Of a DNA stretch of 64,000 nt, positions 26,975 to 41,880 are shown in pieces (positions within the stretch are counted from its first letter, which is position 1; each line of letters opens with the position of its first letter). The notes beneath the pieces are model-generated. The model was not told the origin of the DNA. It saw only the letters and a list, made by a program, of their open reading frames with translations, and ran no database searches. The stretch is from the human T2T-CHM13v2.0 reference genome, Homo sapiens: the NCBI RefSeq assembly GCF_009914755.1, contig NC_060926.1; one strand, 5' to 3'. The position numbers and the translations under genes are program-made.

Positions 26975-27741
26975 AAAATGCCCTATTCTCCTCTGGTCCC
27001 CAGTCTACTCTGAAATTTTCTGAAACAATTGAGCCTCTCATTTTATTGATCCTGAAGAAAGAACACTTCCATCCATGCTGGCCCACTGTGTTTACTCCAC
27101 TTAGGCAGTAAATGTGCCTCTATCCTCTGCCTTCTTCACTTCCTACCTCACTCAGAGAGGCTGGGAGGCATGGACACTCTATTAGGACATAGGTGGAGGG
27201 GTACATTTCACAGGACTTGGAATTCATAGCCACTCTATGGCTGAACCAGCTGGCTTTTACTTCTTGCCTCCTTGTAGTGTTTGCCAGGCACGGAAATATA
27301 TTAGCTCTCTTCCGATGATGTATTCACTATCTAGAAATCAGATGTTTGTTTGGCAAACAGCCCACCTGAATCCAGTCAAAATAAGATGAATAATTCTTCA
27401 ACTAATGTGAGATTAAAAAGGCAGAGTCTGTTTGTATGTATAAAACCATTTTCTTTCTTAGAATCTTAGAAATCACAAAACATACCCTAAAGTAGGCACT
27501 GCACTTTATCATTGCAAAGGAGAAAATTCAAAATAAAGGCTTACTACTGAATGGATTGCTCAGTCAAAGAAGAGCCATGGCACATTAAATTCAATAAACC
27601 ACTCAAGCTTCTGATCAAATATATTATGGGAACACTATAGGCTACAGTTTAAAAGATTAATCCAGGAAGAAACAATATACTACTGTATTGGCTTTCCTGC
27701 TGGCAGTCTCAGCTTCAGGCACAAGACGATGCTACCTGATA

Positions 27742-27755
27742 GTTGCCATGGTAAC
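27742..27755. promoter_or_regulatory. RFX X-box motif GTTGCCATGGTAAC
   Basis: 13/14 match to the RFX palindrome GTTGCCATGGCAAC. Confidence 0.55.
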
Positions 27756-28429
27756 CATGCGAGTGTTCAGCTGGAGCATTTTCAAACAGAAAAATATAAC
27801 ATCATACATGAGTCTCTGTTTAAAGAGAAAGAGGATGGGAAGCAGTTTGGAAAATGGTAGCATGGGAGTCTGCCAGCACAAATTCTGCAATGTAAGGCTT
27901 GTGAGTCTTCTGATTTTTGTGAGGCTAATTGAGGGTACCACACCACACCTATTGATGGATGTCCAAAATTGGAGGTATAGTGAGTAACTTTCAGGGGAAC
28001 AAGGGTAAGAGCTGCATCCGTGATGCTGAGGAGGTTGGACAGGACTCTCTGTCCTCCTGGGACTTGGGTTGGCTATTTTCACCAAACTGTAGCTTTCTAA
28101 TGTCTTGCTGAATTCACCAGGTCCTAGTATTCACAATGGATTATTTAACCACTTGCTTCATGTGCCTTGTCCTGACTCTGCCTCCATGCTCTGCACACCA
28201 TTTCTCTGTTGGTCGTAGGTTTTTAAAGACTGAGGAATTCATTCAGTGTTTTCTTCATCCTTTCAACCTATCCAAACGTTGCCTTACCACTGAGCTCATG
28301 CCTTACTTCTGTCTGCAACTGCCTCACCCTGTGATCACTACTTCCTCCCTGGCATCCCCTGCATTTTACCACCTGTCCTCCTGATGCTCATGTGCTGGTT
28401 GGCTGCCTTATTTTTTTTGAGCCATCAGC

Positions 28430-28700
28430 TTCCTGGTTATAAACTACCCCCATGGGCCAGATCTAACCTTTTGTTTGCCCGACACAATGTTTTGAAAAAC
28501 TGAATCAACATCCAGTCAGGAGATTTCACATAACATTTCCGAGTCTGACAACTCTAGACCCATGTTCTTGGTAAGGCAGCACTTGTCTAGAGCTAAGGAG
28601 TGACTGTCCCCTTTAAATCAAGGTTGTGCTCCCTCACTTGGCTGCATTACCACAATTACTTACCTGCCTGGCTCCTGTAGCATCTGAAAGCCCTGAAGGA
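28430..28700. mobile_element. MER102-like hAT-Charlie fragment
   Basis: GGAGATTTCACATAA...GAGCTAAGGAGTGACTGTCCCCTTTA...CTCCTGTAGCATCTGA. Confidence 0.55.
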
Positions 28701-29339
28701 ACTTGAGGATAGGGACAGCACCACACACTGCTGCTCGCTCTATGTTCCTAACAGACTTGCTTCCTCTAGAGCCTCGTTCCTTTGCCTGGTTGGTGCACGA
28801 TATAGATTTGATTTATCAATTAAAATTAAAGATAATTTCATTTATTTGATGAACACTTATTGCTTACTCAGGCTGTCCTCCTCTAACCCTTTATCTGTAA
28901 ATCTGAGCTGCCTGTGTGCTTGAATACCAAGAAAACCTTTGCAATGGGGTGGAGTTTCTAGTAGTGAGAGTTTCACCATCCATGTGGTTCCTGTCTAGGT
29001 ATCTTTCTTTAAATGGAATGAAGGGAACACTGGGCAAACTGGAGATCTATGTCATGGCAATTGCTGCAGGACTACTGTAGGAAACCATTCTTATGGTCCT
29101 GCACCCATCATTCATCCATCTATTCATGTGTTCAGTTAGCCATTCCACCAATGCCTACTGGATACATTTCACAAGCAACCATTATAGAGAGTGATCACAA
29201 TGAGGAAAACAGTCCAAGTTCCTGCCCTCAGGATGCTTATAGTCTTTGGACTATTTTTTCCCCCTTGACCCAAACGGCTAAAGCAGCTGCTAAGTGAACT
29301 TCATGACCAATTCCAGAGAGATCAAACTGTGTCAGAGAC

Positions 29340-30210
29340 AAGTCAAAAAAATAAAAAGGAAGAAGAAGAAGAAATGTAAATGGTCAACACGTTTTAATGT
29401 CTCCAAAACACAGAGAAATAAAATTAAAACAATAATGACGTATCTTTTTAACAACTAAATTTAGCAAAGATCATAAAAAAAATTATAATGCCAGTGTGCA
29501 GAATGTGTGAGGAAATGAGCCCTCTTGTTTCTTTTCATGGGAAAATGACTTGGCACAGTGTTTTAAGGGGGCAACTTAGCAATTAATGTGAAAAATGCAT
29601 ACATAGTTTATGATTTAATAATACAATTTCTAAGACATTCCTAGGAAATAAGGATGTACCCTAAAATTTAGCAATACAGATTTTTTGTGGATGAGTTGTT
29701 AATAATAACAAAATATATAACTAAGTAATAACTAAAGAAACTAACCTATGTTGAGCACTTCCTAAGTTCCCTGCCTTAAGATACCAAATGACCCTGTGAG
29801 GGAGGCATGATTGCTAGCTGAAAAAATGGCTCAGAGAGGTTAGAAAAGTCCATGTTGATATAGCTCTAAGGAAGCACAATGGGAAAGAGGCTGAGCCCAT
29901 TTAGTGATCACACCATGTCCCTGTTGCTTCTAGTGGTGAAAAGTCAAAAGAACATGGAGGTTTCACATTAGGGATCTGGCTTAATAAATCATGGAGCAAT
30001 CATGCTATGGAATGCTGCTCAGTCACAAAAAAATAACATAGATGAAGATACATCCACTTGAAAAGAGGCTCGAAATATGCTGCAAAGCTGGTTATTAAAT
30101 AGTGTGTATTGTGTGGTCTCAGGTGTGTAAGAATCCATTTATAAGCACAGGTAAGGATAGAAACATTCAGAGATGCAGATACCAAGGTTCAATTAGTGAC
30201 CCTCTCCGGG
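29340..30210 (+). mobile_element. Old L1M (L1ME-like) fragments interrupted by a MIR
   Basis: AGAGAAATAAAATTAAAACAATAATGA...TTAGCAAAGAT...CATGCTATGGAATGCTGCTCAGTCA. Highly diverged. Confidence 0.55.
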
Positions 30211-31424
30211 TGGTAAGATGATTATTTCATTTTCCATTCATTATTTTTCTTATCTATATTTTTATTTTCTTTAAAAGATCAATCTGTATTGTTTGTGTAC
30301 TAACCTCTATATTTACATTTTCAAAATATAGTGGCATTATTGACTTAGATTTAGCATTCCAGGTGGCTACATGACACCCTGTCACTTGCTTGCCTGAATT
30401 AACATTCCTTCCCCTGGGGTGTTACAAAAATCATCCTGGATTGAGAGCAGGTCGCTGGGTTTCAGGCTGAGTGCATCTAGTAATGCGTCCACAATGTGAC
30501 CCGAGGCAAGTCACTTCAGCTCTCCTGGCCTCAGCACAATGAGCCGGCTGGGCAAGCTGAACGCTGAGGCCCCTTCCAGCTCTGACATGCGATGCACTCT
30601 TATGCATTCATTTTCTTCTTTGGAGACAGCCTGTAACCATTTCCAGTCTACAGGAGAAGGACTTGAGAATGCAAAATCATTTTGTTCTGTAAAAAAGCAT
30701 GGATAAACACCTGCCTAACCCATTTTAAGGAATAATAACATGACATTTATAAACCACTTTGCACAGTGTTTATGAATTCCCTCCCTTGAGGCTCTGAGTT
30801 TGACTCTAGTTACTCTAGTTATTTACATGTCTGCATTTGGGCGAAGGATTTGCAACTCCAAGAGAGGGGGGATGTTTTCTCCTGAGTTGATTGTGAATTG
30901 AGTGTCTCCTATTATATTGCTAGTGCAAAATATGTTAAGACCAGTTTCTCTGACACAGAAAATGACCCAGAAAAACAAAGTGGGTCTTCATTTCAGCTCC
31001 ATCTTCATCTCCAGCTGTATCTATGGACAATAATCCTTCCAGAAAGCAGCTGAATTGGGCTGGAATTGCATATCAGAGTGGCAGCTTCACCCAACAAGGG
31101 CGACTTAGAGCAGCATGACGCACTGTTATGAGGGGTTCTTTCCCTCTGGGAACGAAGATCTCAAGTGGTGTTTGAAATCCCCCATTTCTTGCAAAATACT
31201 GCTAAGGCTGCTGAGCTTAGGTTCCACTTTGGGGGTTTTCATCTCTGCGTATGCAACAGAATTCCAGACAAGAACATGAAATAACACAAACTGTTTTGTC
31301 TTTGAGCATTTTTGTTTAGTCCTTAGATTACTAAGGACTAACATTTGAAAAATGAAGTGAAAGTGAGTTCATTTATTTTATTTCAAATTTAGGGCCTGAA
31401 AATCTTTAAAACATTTTTGATTCA

Positions 31425-31670
31425 GCCGGGCACAGTGGCTCACACCTGTAATCCCAGCACTTTGGGAGGCGGGCAGATCATGAGGTCGGGAGATTGAGAC
31501 CATCCTGGCTAACACGGTGAAACCCCGTCGCTACTAAAAATACAAAAAATTAGCTGGGTGTGGTGGTGGATGCCTGTAGTCCCAGCTACTCGGGAGGCTG
31601 AGGCAGGAGAATGGCGTGAACCTGGGAGGCGGAGCTTGCAGTCCAGTGAGACTGTCTCAAAAAAAAAAAA
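31425..31670 (+). mobile_element. AluY with internal deletions
   Basis: AluY diagnostics (GAGACCATCCTGGCTAACACGG, GAATGGCGTGAACC, GGAGCTTGCAG). Right arm collapses to GCAGTCCAGTGAGACTGTCTC. Flanking TTGATTCA repeat. Confidence 0.9.
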
Positions 31671-32244
31671 TTGATTCAAGTTAATTTCAAATATATATCA
31701 TTCATATCTGCATACAAAACAACTCCACTGGAATGAGGATTTTAATTGAAAGTGAAGTTACAAATCTGAACACCTGGAGTGATCCACAGAAAAACATAAA
31801 ATGCCATTGCCCAGAGGTGCTGCCCTCTGGATGGGTACCACTGCCTCCTCCACAGTCCAACCCAAGGAAGCTGAAGACCTCAGCTTCCGTCTCCCACTCA
31901 TTTAAGACCTTAAATGAGATATTCCTCTGTCAAATGAGCTCCTTTCTAGACTCTTCATCCCAAACTACTCTGGGCCAGTCTAATCTCACTGTCTCCCAAA
32001 CATCCCCTATTTGCTCATGACTCTGCACCCGGGATGCCTTGCTGCCTCCCTAAGTGTCTCTCATTGTTCAAGACCCTGAGTTCAAGTACCAGTTTTACTC
32101 CACAACTAACCAGGTCAGTTCACACCAATGTTACCCAACTCTAACCCCGTGGCTCTGAGACATATTAGGTGAGCATTTCAGCCTTTCTAACATATGGAAT
32201 CATTAAGCAAATTTCCCTAATACGTCAAAGTACATGTCTGATGT

Positions 32245-32400
32245 TGGATATAGCTGGTCAGTACAGGAACAAAAGCACTGATTATTAAATGTTCAGGTGC
32301 ACTGTAAGCCAGTAATTTCACATTGATAGCTAAAAATCAGCCATGTTGAGAATATTTTTACCACAGGAAATATGCTTCAAATCACTTGCCCCTGTAGTAA
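32245..32400 (+). mobile_element. MER63-like (hAT-Blackjack) fragment
   Basis: CTGATTATTAAATGTTCAGG...CACATTGATAGCTAAAAATCAGCCATG...ATATTTTTACCACAGGAAAT. Confidence 0.5.
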
Positions 32401-32605
32401 GTGTTGGCTGATAATATTATAAAAGCATGTCTTTGTTTATCGATGCTAAGGTTAAAGACCAAAATCTGACCTTCCGTGGTAGAACCCCACTTGACCACTT
32501 ACTAGCTATGTGACTATGTTCAAGTCATTAAATCTAAGCTTCATTCAGTATCTTTATTTGTTAAATAGAGCTATCAAATAAGCCAGCATTACAGGGTGGA
32601 AATGA

Positions 32606-33020
<415 letters not shown>

Positions 33021-33124
33021 CAATGATTATTACTTCTTAGTGAGGAGAATGTGAGCAACAGGGATACTTAAAGCTATGGTCACTGCTAACTGAATATGTT
33101 TTAGTCTATTTTAATTGATATATA

Positions 33125-35345
33125 TGTATTATTTATTTAACAATTTTATTGTGCTTATTTAAGGTATACAACAACACAATGTTATGGGATACATATAGAC
33201 AGTAAAATAAGGTTACAATATGAATGTATTCATCATCTCATGTAGTTATCACCTTTTTTTTTTTGCTAAAATCAACTCATTTTGCATGAATCCCAAATAC
33301 AGCACCATTTTATTACCTATAGTCCTCACGTTGTACATTAGCTCTCTAGACTTAGTCATCCTACATATCTGCCACTTTGTCCTGTGACCTACAATCTCCC
33401 CATTTCCTTCTCCCCTGCAACCACTGTTTTGTTCTCTACTTCTGAATATTTGTTTTTGTTTTTGTTTTAGGATTCCACATATAAGTGAGATGATGCAATG
33501 TTTTCCTTTTTTAGGTCTGGCTGATTTCACTTAACATAATGTCCTTCAGGTTCATCCACATTGTGCCAAATGGTAAGATCTTGGGTTTTTTTGGGCTGAA
33601 TAATATTCCCGTGTGTGTGTGTGTGTGTGTGTGTGCATGTGTGTGTATCAGTCACAGTTTCTTTATCCATTCATCAGTTGACAGACACTTAGGATGTTTC
33701 CATATTTCGGCTACTGTGAATAATGCTGCAATGATCATGAGAGTGCAAATATCTTTATGAGATGCTAGTTTTATTTCCTTTGGATGTGCCCAGAAGGAGG
33801 ATTACTAGGTCATATGGTAGTTTTATTGTCAATTTCTTTAAAAATCACATACTGTTTTTCATAATGGCTCCACCAATCTACATTTTTACCAACAGAGTAT
33901 GAGTTCCTTTTTCACCACACCCTCACTAACATTTGTTGTCTTTTGACTTTTTGGTAATAGCCATCCTAATGAGTGTGAGGTGGTATCTCACAGTGGCTTC
34001 GATCTGCATTTCCCTGATGATTAATGATGTTGAACACCCTTTCATATACCTGTGGGCAATGTTTATTTCCTTGGAGAAATGTCTATTCAGGTCTTTTGCC
34101 CATTTAAAAAATAAGGTTGTTATATGTGTTCTTTATAAATTTGAATATTACCAGCTTATCAGACATAGGATTTGCAAATATTTTTTCTCAATCCATGGGC
34201 CATTTCTTCATTTTGATCATTGTTTCCTTTGCTATCAGAAGATTTTTATTTTGATAGATTCCCATTTATTTATTTTTGCTTTTGTGAACTGAGCTTTTCA
34301 TGTAGTACCTTTAAAAAACATTGCCAAAGCCAATGCCCAGGAGCTTTTCTCCATGTTCTCTTCTAGGAGTTTTATGGTTTCCAGTCTTATATTTAGGTCT
34401 TTTATCTATGTTGAAGTGATTTTTGTATATGGTATTAGAGCCCAATTTCATTTTTTTACTTGTGAAAATCCATTTTTCCTAGTACCATTTCTTAAAGAGC
34501 CTACTCTTTCCCCATTGTGCCTTGTTGGTACCCTTATCAAAAATTAGTTGACCATAAACATTTGGATTTATTTCTGGGCTCTGTATTCTGTTCCACTGCT
34601 CTACGTGTCTGTTTTTATTCCACTAGTATGCTGTTTTAATTACTATCACTTTGTAATATCACTTTAAATCAGGAAATGTGATGCCTCCAACTTTGTTCTC
34701 CTTTCTCAGAATTGTTTTGACTATTCAGGGTCCTTTATGTTTCCATACAAATTTCAGGATTGTTTTCTCTATTTCTGTGAAGAATGCCATTGGGATTTTT
34801 ATAGGGATTAGGTTGAATCCACATAATATTGCTTTGGGTAGTATGAACATTTTAACAATATTATTTCTTCTGATCCATGAGCATAGGAAATCTTTCCATT
34901 ATTCTTCTTTCCTTCAATTTCTTTCCTCAGTGTTTTATAGTTTTCAGTGTACAAAGCTTTTAATTCCTTGGTTAAATTTATTCCTAAGCATTTTTTGATG
35001 CTATCATAAATAGGATCGCTTTCTTAATTTCTATTTTAGTTAGGTTTTCATTGGTATATAAAATGCTATTAATTTTCATATGTTGATTTTGTATCCTGCA
35101 ACTTTACTGAATTCATTTATTAGTTCTACCAGTTTTTCCTGTGTGTGTGTAGAATCTTTGGGGTTTTTAAATGTAGGATCATATCTGCAAATAGAGGTAA
35201 TTTTACTTCTTCCTTTTTGATCTAGATGTCTGTCACTTCTTTCTCTTGTCTAATTGCTTTTGTTAGTACTTTTAGTATTATTGAATAGAAGTGGTAAAAG
35301 TGGGCATGCTTGCTTTGTACTGTATCTTTGTATTAAAGCTTTCAA
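33125..35345 (-). mobile_element. L1MA (MA9/10-like) 3' ~2.2 kb
   Basis: Reverse L1 3' UTR and ORF2 end (TTCCACATATAAGTGAGA..., TGTATCCTGCAACTTTACTGAATTC). Contains (GT)n at ~33611-33645. Confidence 0.9.
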
Positions 35346-38258
35346 TTTGGGGCATTCTGGGTTTGTCACTTAACAGTTTTGTGAATGTGAATGCGTGACT
35401 TAACCTCAGAATATAGGTTTTTGTACCTTTAAAATGCAGACAGTGATATCGATGTCATAATGAGATTAAAGTATAAAATCAGCTAGCAAAGTTTATGGTC
35501 TTTAAAATAATCCCACTTAATTTTAGTTTCCTTCCATTCCTTCCAACAGGTAGTCAAGAATGTTTTCATCAACTTTCTCTTTATTCCTTCACTTGGCTGA
35601 CTAGCAGAAAAGGATTGATTCCAAATGGTATCATTTAGAAATTCAGATATTTAAATCTTGACTAAATGATCCCTTACTCAGTTCAGAGTTAGTAACACCC
35701 TTTGATGACTGCTGCTCTTATCAGCTGGGCTTTGACTTTATTTTAATTTCAGAGCCCAATGACAGTTTTTAGGGTTGCTTTCAGCAAAATCTACCATTTG
35801 ATTATCCACAAATAGCACATCTTTTATCCAAGTAAGATAAGTAGCTAGCTTAAGAACAGAGAGTCATCTAAAGTCAAAGGAACTCTTAAATTTATATCAA
35901 CAGTTAATCCTCTGTGGCCATGTCGGGTCTGTTGGTGGAGATGCCAAACACGGAAGACAGTGAAGTGGTGGCTCAGCGTTCTCCAAAGGAATGAGCAAGC
36001 AGATGAGGCAAAGCACACTCTGAAGGTGAGAGGGGTAGAGAGGGAAAGGCGTGTTACAGACGTGGCCAATCAAGCCTTTCTCTGAATCGTATCAGAAAAC
36101 TCTTGAGGATAAAAACTCCTTGGCTTCTTTCCAGTGAGCCAACTTGATAGCTCTAATGCTACACACACTTTGAAATGATTATTTGTTCTGTGTTTAAAAT
36201 GGGAAATTGAAGTTTGGCAAAGTCATTTGGACTAGCCCAGAATCTCATGCAAAGCAATTGGTTCAGAGCTATTAGTGCAGCAGATTTCTCGGTCCATTAA
36301 GAGTCTGACATAGTAGGAGGCGTCTGCTTGTGATTCTTTCCATTTCTAGCTCCAGACAAACTGCCCTTTCTGAGTCTTTAGTCTGTTTCTCTGATTATCT
36401 TTTAAGTGTCTCAGGAAAGTTTTTCCTCGATTTGGTGCTCACTGTTCCAAGCCTTTTGCTTCTATCCCTCTCTCCTCGCTCCCTGGCTGTTATTTTTTTA
36501 TACACCATCTTTGAGAAACCACGTCATATGGAGATCTCCTAAATTTACTGTTCTCTACTCTTCACTTTTTTTCTTGGCTGTCTATTTAGATTCCTCCTTT
36601 ATATTCTTGCAGCAATATTTTTCATGTATTCACTCTTTTCCTCTAAATGGTTGCCAAAATATGCAGCTGCTTCCTCCTCAATATTGTGAAGATCTGCCTT
36701 CTTTATCTATCAAAAGTTTTTTAAAGAAGACTTTATTTCCAAACCCTAACTTCGAGTTAACCATATAGGAAATGACGGAGTCTCTAGACATCTACTGTTT
36801 GATCAACGGGTCTTTTCCCTCTTGACTTTCACACCCTAACTTTTCTTGGGCAGTCCAGGCTCAGGCAAGCACCAGCATTATTTCCATTGCCTCTACTCCA
36901 CTGTTCATTCTGGTGTCTTGTCCAGGCAGCCACAGTGGGCACAGTTAAAAGCAGCACCCTGCCAGCCTGCAGCCATATCCTTCTTGTGACTAGAGTCACT
37001 GGCAAGACATCCTTGTAGGGTGGGAGGGAGATCTTCTCTCTCTTACTTCTTGTTCTTCTTGGCCAACGAAATAGAAATTCCAACCTGTCTGAAGTGAGAG
37101 GAAAAAGTGCTTTTCCTTTTTCTGACCACTTTCCACAAAAGAAGAGTGGCATTTATCTGTTTGGTGTGATGGTGAGGATCAGGCATTCAGTGGTCTGCTG
37201 TTGGGTCAGGGGGTCAATGCTTAAAAGGCTGCATGTACTTGTGGCATCATTCACTTTGTCTCTGCACTCAAAAGGAAGGAGGAAGCCCCAGGTCCTCTAT
37301 GCAGCAAGTGGAGTGAGAATCGGCTCTGCATGTCCGATGTCCTTGTGTGTGTGTGGCGGAGGCAAATGAAGAAAAAGCATTAGGATGCCTATATTGGCCT
37401 CAAGTCCAAGGTTCTTCAATATGGTTTTGGTAGCACTATACAGATTTTTTTAAAACCCCTGTATCTATTAGCTAGTTTGGGGCTCAGAGAAAAGAGGGGG
37501 AGTGATTACCATCTCAAACTCCAATAAGACCGTGCTATTTCCTTTTATTTCCTGATTATTAAAATTAAATATATATAAAACAACAATTATCTATATTTTC
37601 ATAACTCATTTTTTTCTCCTTAGGTATTCTCACATCAATCCTAAGAGATAGAAGAGTTAAAAGCCATATCATGCTTAACGCGATTCTAGTGGCAATTCTG
37701 TGAGAGGAATGGGGCTCACAGAGTTAGCTACATGCTATAGAGGGGAAAACAGGCACAGGGAGGCAAGATGACTTGCCCAAGGTGAGACCACATCTCTAGA
37801 TAGCGGAGGAGCCGCCACAATGACCCTATCTCATTCCCGATAGAGGAGGCCAGCCCGTCTCTCTTGCTTTGTGTTAGGTGCTACCGAACATAGTGGATTC
37901 TCAGTCAGTATTACTGTTTCAATACACACTGAAAGATTTTTATTTAGTGAATTGAGTTGTAATTCTACAACTCAAGAAGAGAAGAATTATGAAGAGGCAC
38001 GGTACGGCTGTTGAAGAAAATTGAGCTCTTTCATCACTGCTCAAATACAGTCCTACTCTATTCTTTAAGCTATTCTTTCCCTGGTCCTTCTATTTTCTCT
38101 CCCAGCATCCCATGCATCCCCTCCTGCCTGCCATGGACTCTCCCTTAGTTTGTGTCTATCTGGCTTACTTAAACATCTTATTAGCTAACCTTGTGCCTTG
38201 AGAAAATCATTTTATGTTTTGCAACTTTGATTTTCTCAAATTTAAAATTAAACCATTA

Positions 38259-38606
<348 letters not shown>

Positions 38607-41600
38607 TTAGCTCAAACCATGAGCAGAGTGGGGAGACTTGTTTGGGTGGGAGCTGGGGTCCAGATGCTTTGGCTAGTGAATGTGGTCATCTCCCCTCCAT
38701 TACCAATGGCTTCTACAGATTTAATATTTAATTAATATTAAATTCCCTCTTTTGAAATAAACAGTTAGATTGTTGTCTCCTAACTGGACTCTGACTAATA
38801 CAAGGAGAAATTTTGTTTTATAGATTACTTTTACCTAATAAGGTTCTGCTTCATCTTTGGGGAAGATACTCACTGCCAGAAAGAAGAGGAAATATAGGAG
38901 GAAGGTGCAGTCCATGATTGGAGCCAGGCTGGCAGAGGTCAGCTGGGTTTTTATTACAGTTTTCTGGAAATACAGATTAGCTTGCATTAGAAAAGCGAAA
39001 GACCTTTTAGATGTTCAAGTAGACTGGAAAGTAGTGTGGGTTAGAGAACAGAAGGGTAACAATCTTCCCTCCAACCTAAGAAAATAGCTTTCAATTTCTC
39101 CTTGGAGACCTCAAAATTATAAGGTAAGCATATTTTTTGAAAAGTGGGTTCATTATGGTCATCAGGTTCTAAACATCTGTCTGTGCCTACAGTAGCTACA
39201 TTCCACATGGGTTGAGGCATGGCCTGCTCTCACTCCAGAACTTCATATGTGTTATTGCCTCTGCTGCAAATAATATTCCCACTTTCAACCTTAAACTCCT
39301 TCCTCCTGCCTCATTCCTACTTGTCTTCCCTCACAGCCCTCCCTCAACTAGGTTAGGTGCCCCAACTATGTCCTGCTATAGAGGCATATTCTTGTTTTTT
39401 ATTGCACTCATTACAGAATAATGAAATGACTTCTTTCCACATCTGTCTCCATAAGTAAAATGTAAACTCTGAGGGGGTTACATGTGTGTTTTATTCCACT
39501 GTACCTGGCACAGTGACTGGCACATAGGCATTCGACTACAAATATTTAATATAGGTACCAATAAGGTGCTATGTTTTATGGGGTGGTAGTGGTGAGAGTT
39601 AATCCCTTGTAGATTTTCAACTTGTCTGTTATATTTTGCATCCTGTCTGTCTAGACCAGTGCTCCCAGGTGATTTTGATAGCATTTGCTAAGGGACCACA
39701 TTTTGAGATGCAAAGCTAGATGTTTGGAACATGCACAGAAAATGGAGCACCAGGGCTGAGGTAGGATAGAAGTGAAATGAAGCTTAAGTGTTCCCATGTT
39801 TGATGCTGCCTGCTTTTCTCCCCACCCTTTCGATCTTGGGCTTTCTATCCTCCCCCAACCAAAGTCTATTTCTTGGAAAGCATTCACATTCCTGGGTTAA
39901 ATGGCAGAAAAGAGTAAATGACCGTGTTACTTGTTCAAGATGGTTTGTATTTTTCACAAGGAACAAAGCCCTACTGGTTTTGAACCAAAGGAATGGACTT
40001 CAAATTGTGTAATGTCAAGTTTAAGAAGCCAGTAGGAAATCAGGAGACCACACTTGTAGGTGACTGAAGACTCGACCCACATAGGAAGCTCAGTAGAGGG
40101 ACAGTGTCCATCACAGGGTGGGTGCACAGGCATGCATGTTGAATCAACAGAGTCACACCGGTCTAGCATATCCCTCAGTGAGAAGGAAGTACATAAGTTG
40201 TATGTGCACAGAAATTCTGTGCCATCATGAGCCTTCTGGAATTGTCCATGGGACTTATTGGAGAAACTTAAAAGAATACATCCTACCTAGTGTTTCCTCA
40301 CTCACCGTGGGGAAAAAAACCCTGAAAATAAAATACTGTTAAAATGAATACTATTCTGGCTGAAAGTCTGCACCCTTGATAAGTGATTTGCTCTGTTAGA
40401 CAGGCAGGAATTAGCATAGAGAACTTTGGAAAAGCCACCAACTATCAGTGGCTTGGTATTACAAACATGGAGAAGAATGAATTTCTGTGCTCAATTCCTT
40501 GCATTCTCCCACCATTAAGAAAGATGCTATCATTTCAAAATGAAGATATGTACAGTCTTGGACTTTTGGGGAACTTCTCTTGGAAGTTATTGGTGCTTCC
40601 GAAAATGGGTAGTCTGTAACACTTTGTAGGGAAGATCTATACTGGGGAGGGCTGGAGCTGTCATAATCTTTGTAGAGAACTGGAAGCCTGCCATGCTGTG
40701 TTCCTGAGCATTCATTACTTCAGTGAGGACACCTTCATTCCTTATGGTTAGCCTGATGAGCCACCGAGCAATGCTGATGGATTGGTAAGGCTCACACCCT
40801 GACTCCAATGCTCCATCAAGGTTAGATATGCTCGACTTTGCTGCCTTTTCAGTAGTTTTGTGTTTACTTCCCTCTTTTCCTATATTTTATACATGCCTCC
40901 ACGTGACACTTATTGATATCACTGTTGCTGAGTTTGGGCATACTTCCAGAGAAGCTCAGATTTGCTCTTACTTTTCCATCCAATAAATTCATCTGTTAAG
41001 CATTGGGAGAAGAATTCTGGAAACTCCATCACTAGTTGGCAACTATCACATTTCTTAAGAGAAGAAAAATCTTTAATCTAGTTGAAACCATATTTCTTGT
41101 GCTGGAATGGATTTAAGACAAAAATTATATTGCACATTTGGGCACGGACCTTGATTTTTCAACATGCATCTTTCATGTGTTAGGAACTGATGCTGCACAT
41201 TTTCTCCCCCGGGGATTTTCCTTTTCTTAAGGCATTAAATTGCTTGCTCAGATGTATAAAGGATGTACCACCTTGAATGGATGTGCTAATTAGCAATGGT
41301 AAAGTTTATGTATGCAACATTGATAAGGAAGGAGAGATTAAAATCCTATTTCATTTATGTATTATATGTTTACAAAAAAGAAAAACATAAGGGAAAGCGA
41401 CCTCTTTTGTCTAGCTGAGAATTTAGAAATGAAAGGCATGCATGCATTTTTCAGAAGGAGGTGAGCAAAATGTTTTATGGCTTTCTAGCAGATATTCCAC
41501 ACCAATAGTTCCGAAGCCCTGCCATCCATGAGCCCCTGAAAAAAATTCCATGGTTAGCCTTTGTCCTTGTGTAATGACTGTTTGCATTCCTCTATCCAAC

Positions 41601-41700
41601 TATAGCCCAGTTCATCTTATAGATTACCACCACCAAAGGGCTCTTTAAGCCTGGGCAACTCTATTACCGTTTACCCTTGTGACATTTCTATTCTCTAACT

Positions 41701-41880
41701 CAGAGGTTCTCAAAGTGTGGTTCCCACACCAGCAGCACCTGCATCACTGGAAACTGGTTAGATATGAACATTCTTAGGTGAAACTCAAGACCTACTGAAT
41801 AATAAAGTTTGGGGTGATGCCCAGCAGTCCATGTTTTAAAAGACACTAGCTGATTCTGATGTATGCCCTAACTGAAAAGG
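41701..41880. mobile_element. MER5A (hAT-Charlie)
   Basis: CAGAGGTTCTCAAAGTGTGGTTCCC...CAGCACCTGCATCACTGGAAACT...AGACCTACTGAAT...TGATTCTGATG. Confidence 0.8.

Noticed and set aside
37952-37975. Perfect 10-bp hairpin TTGAGTTGTA-ATTC-TACAACTCAA
   Set aside because: Isolated. A few such stems are expected by chance in 64 kb of AT-rich DNA, and there is no supporting context.
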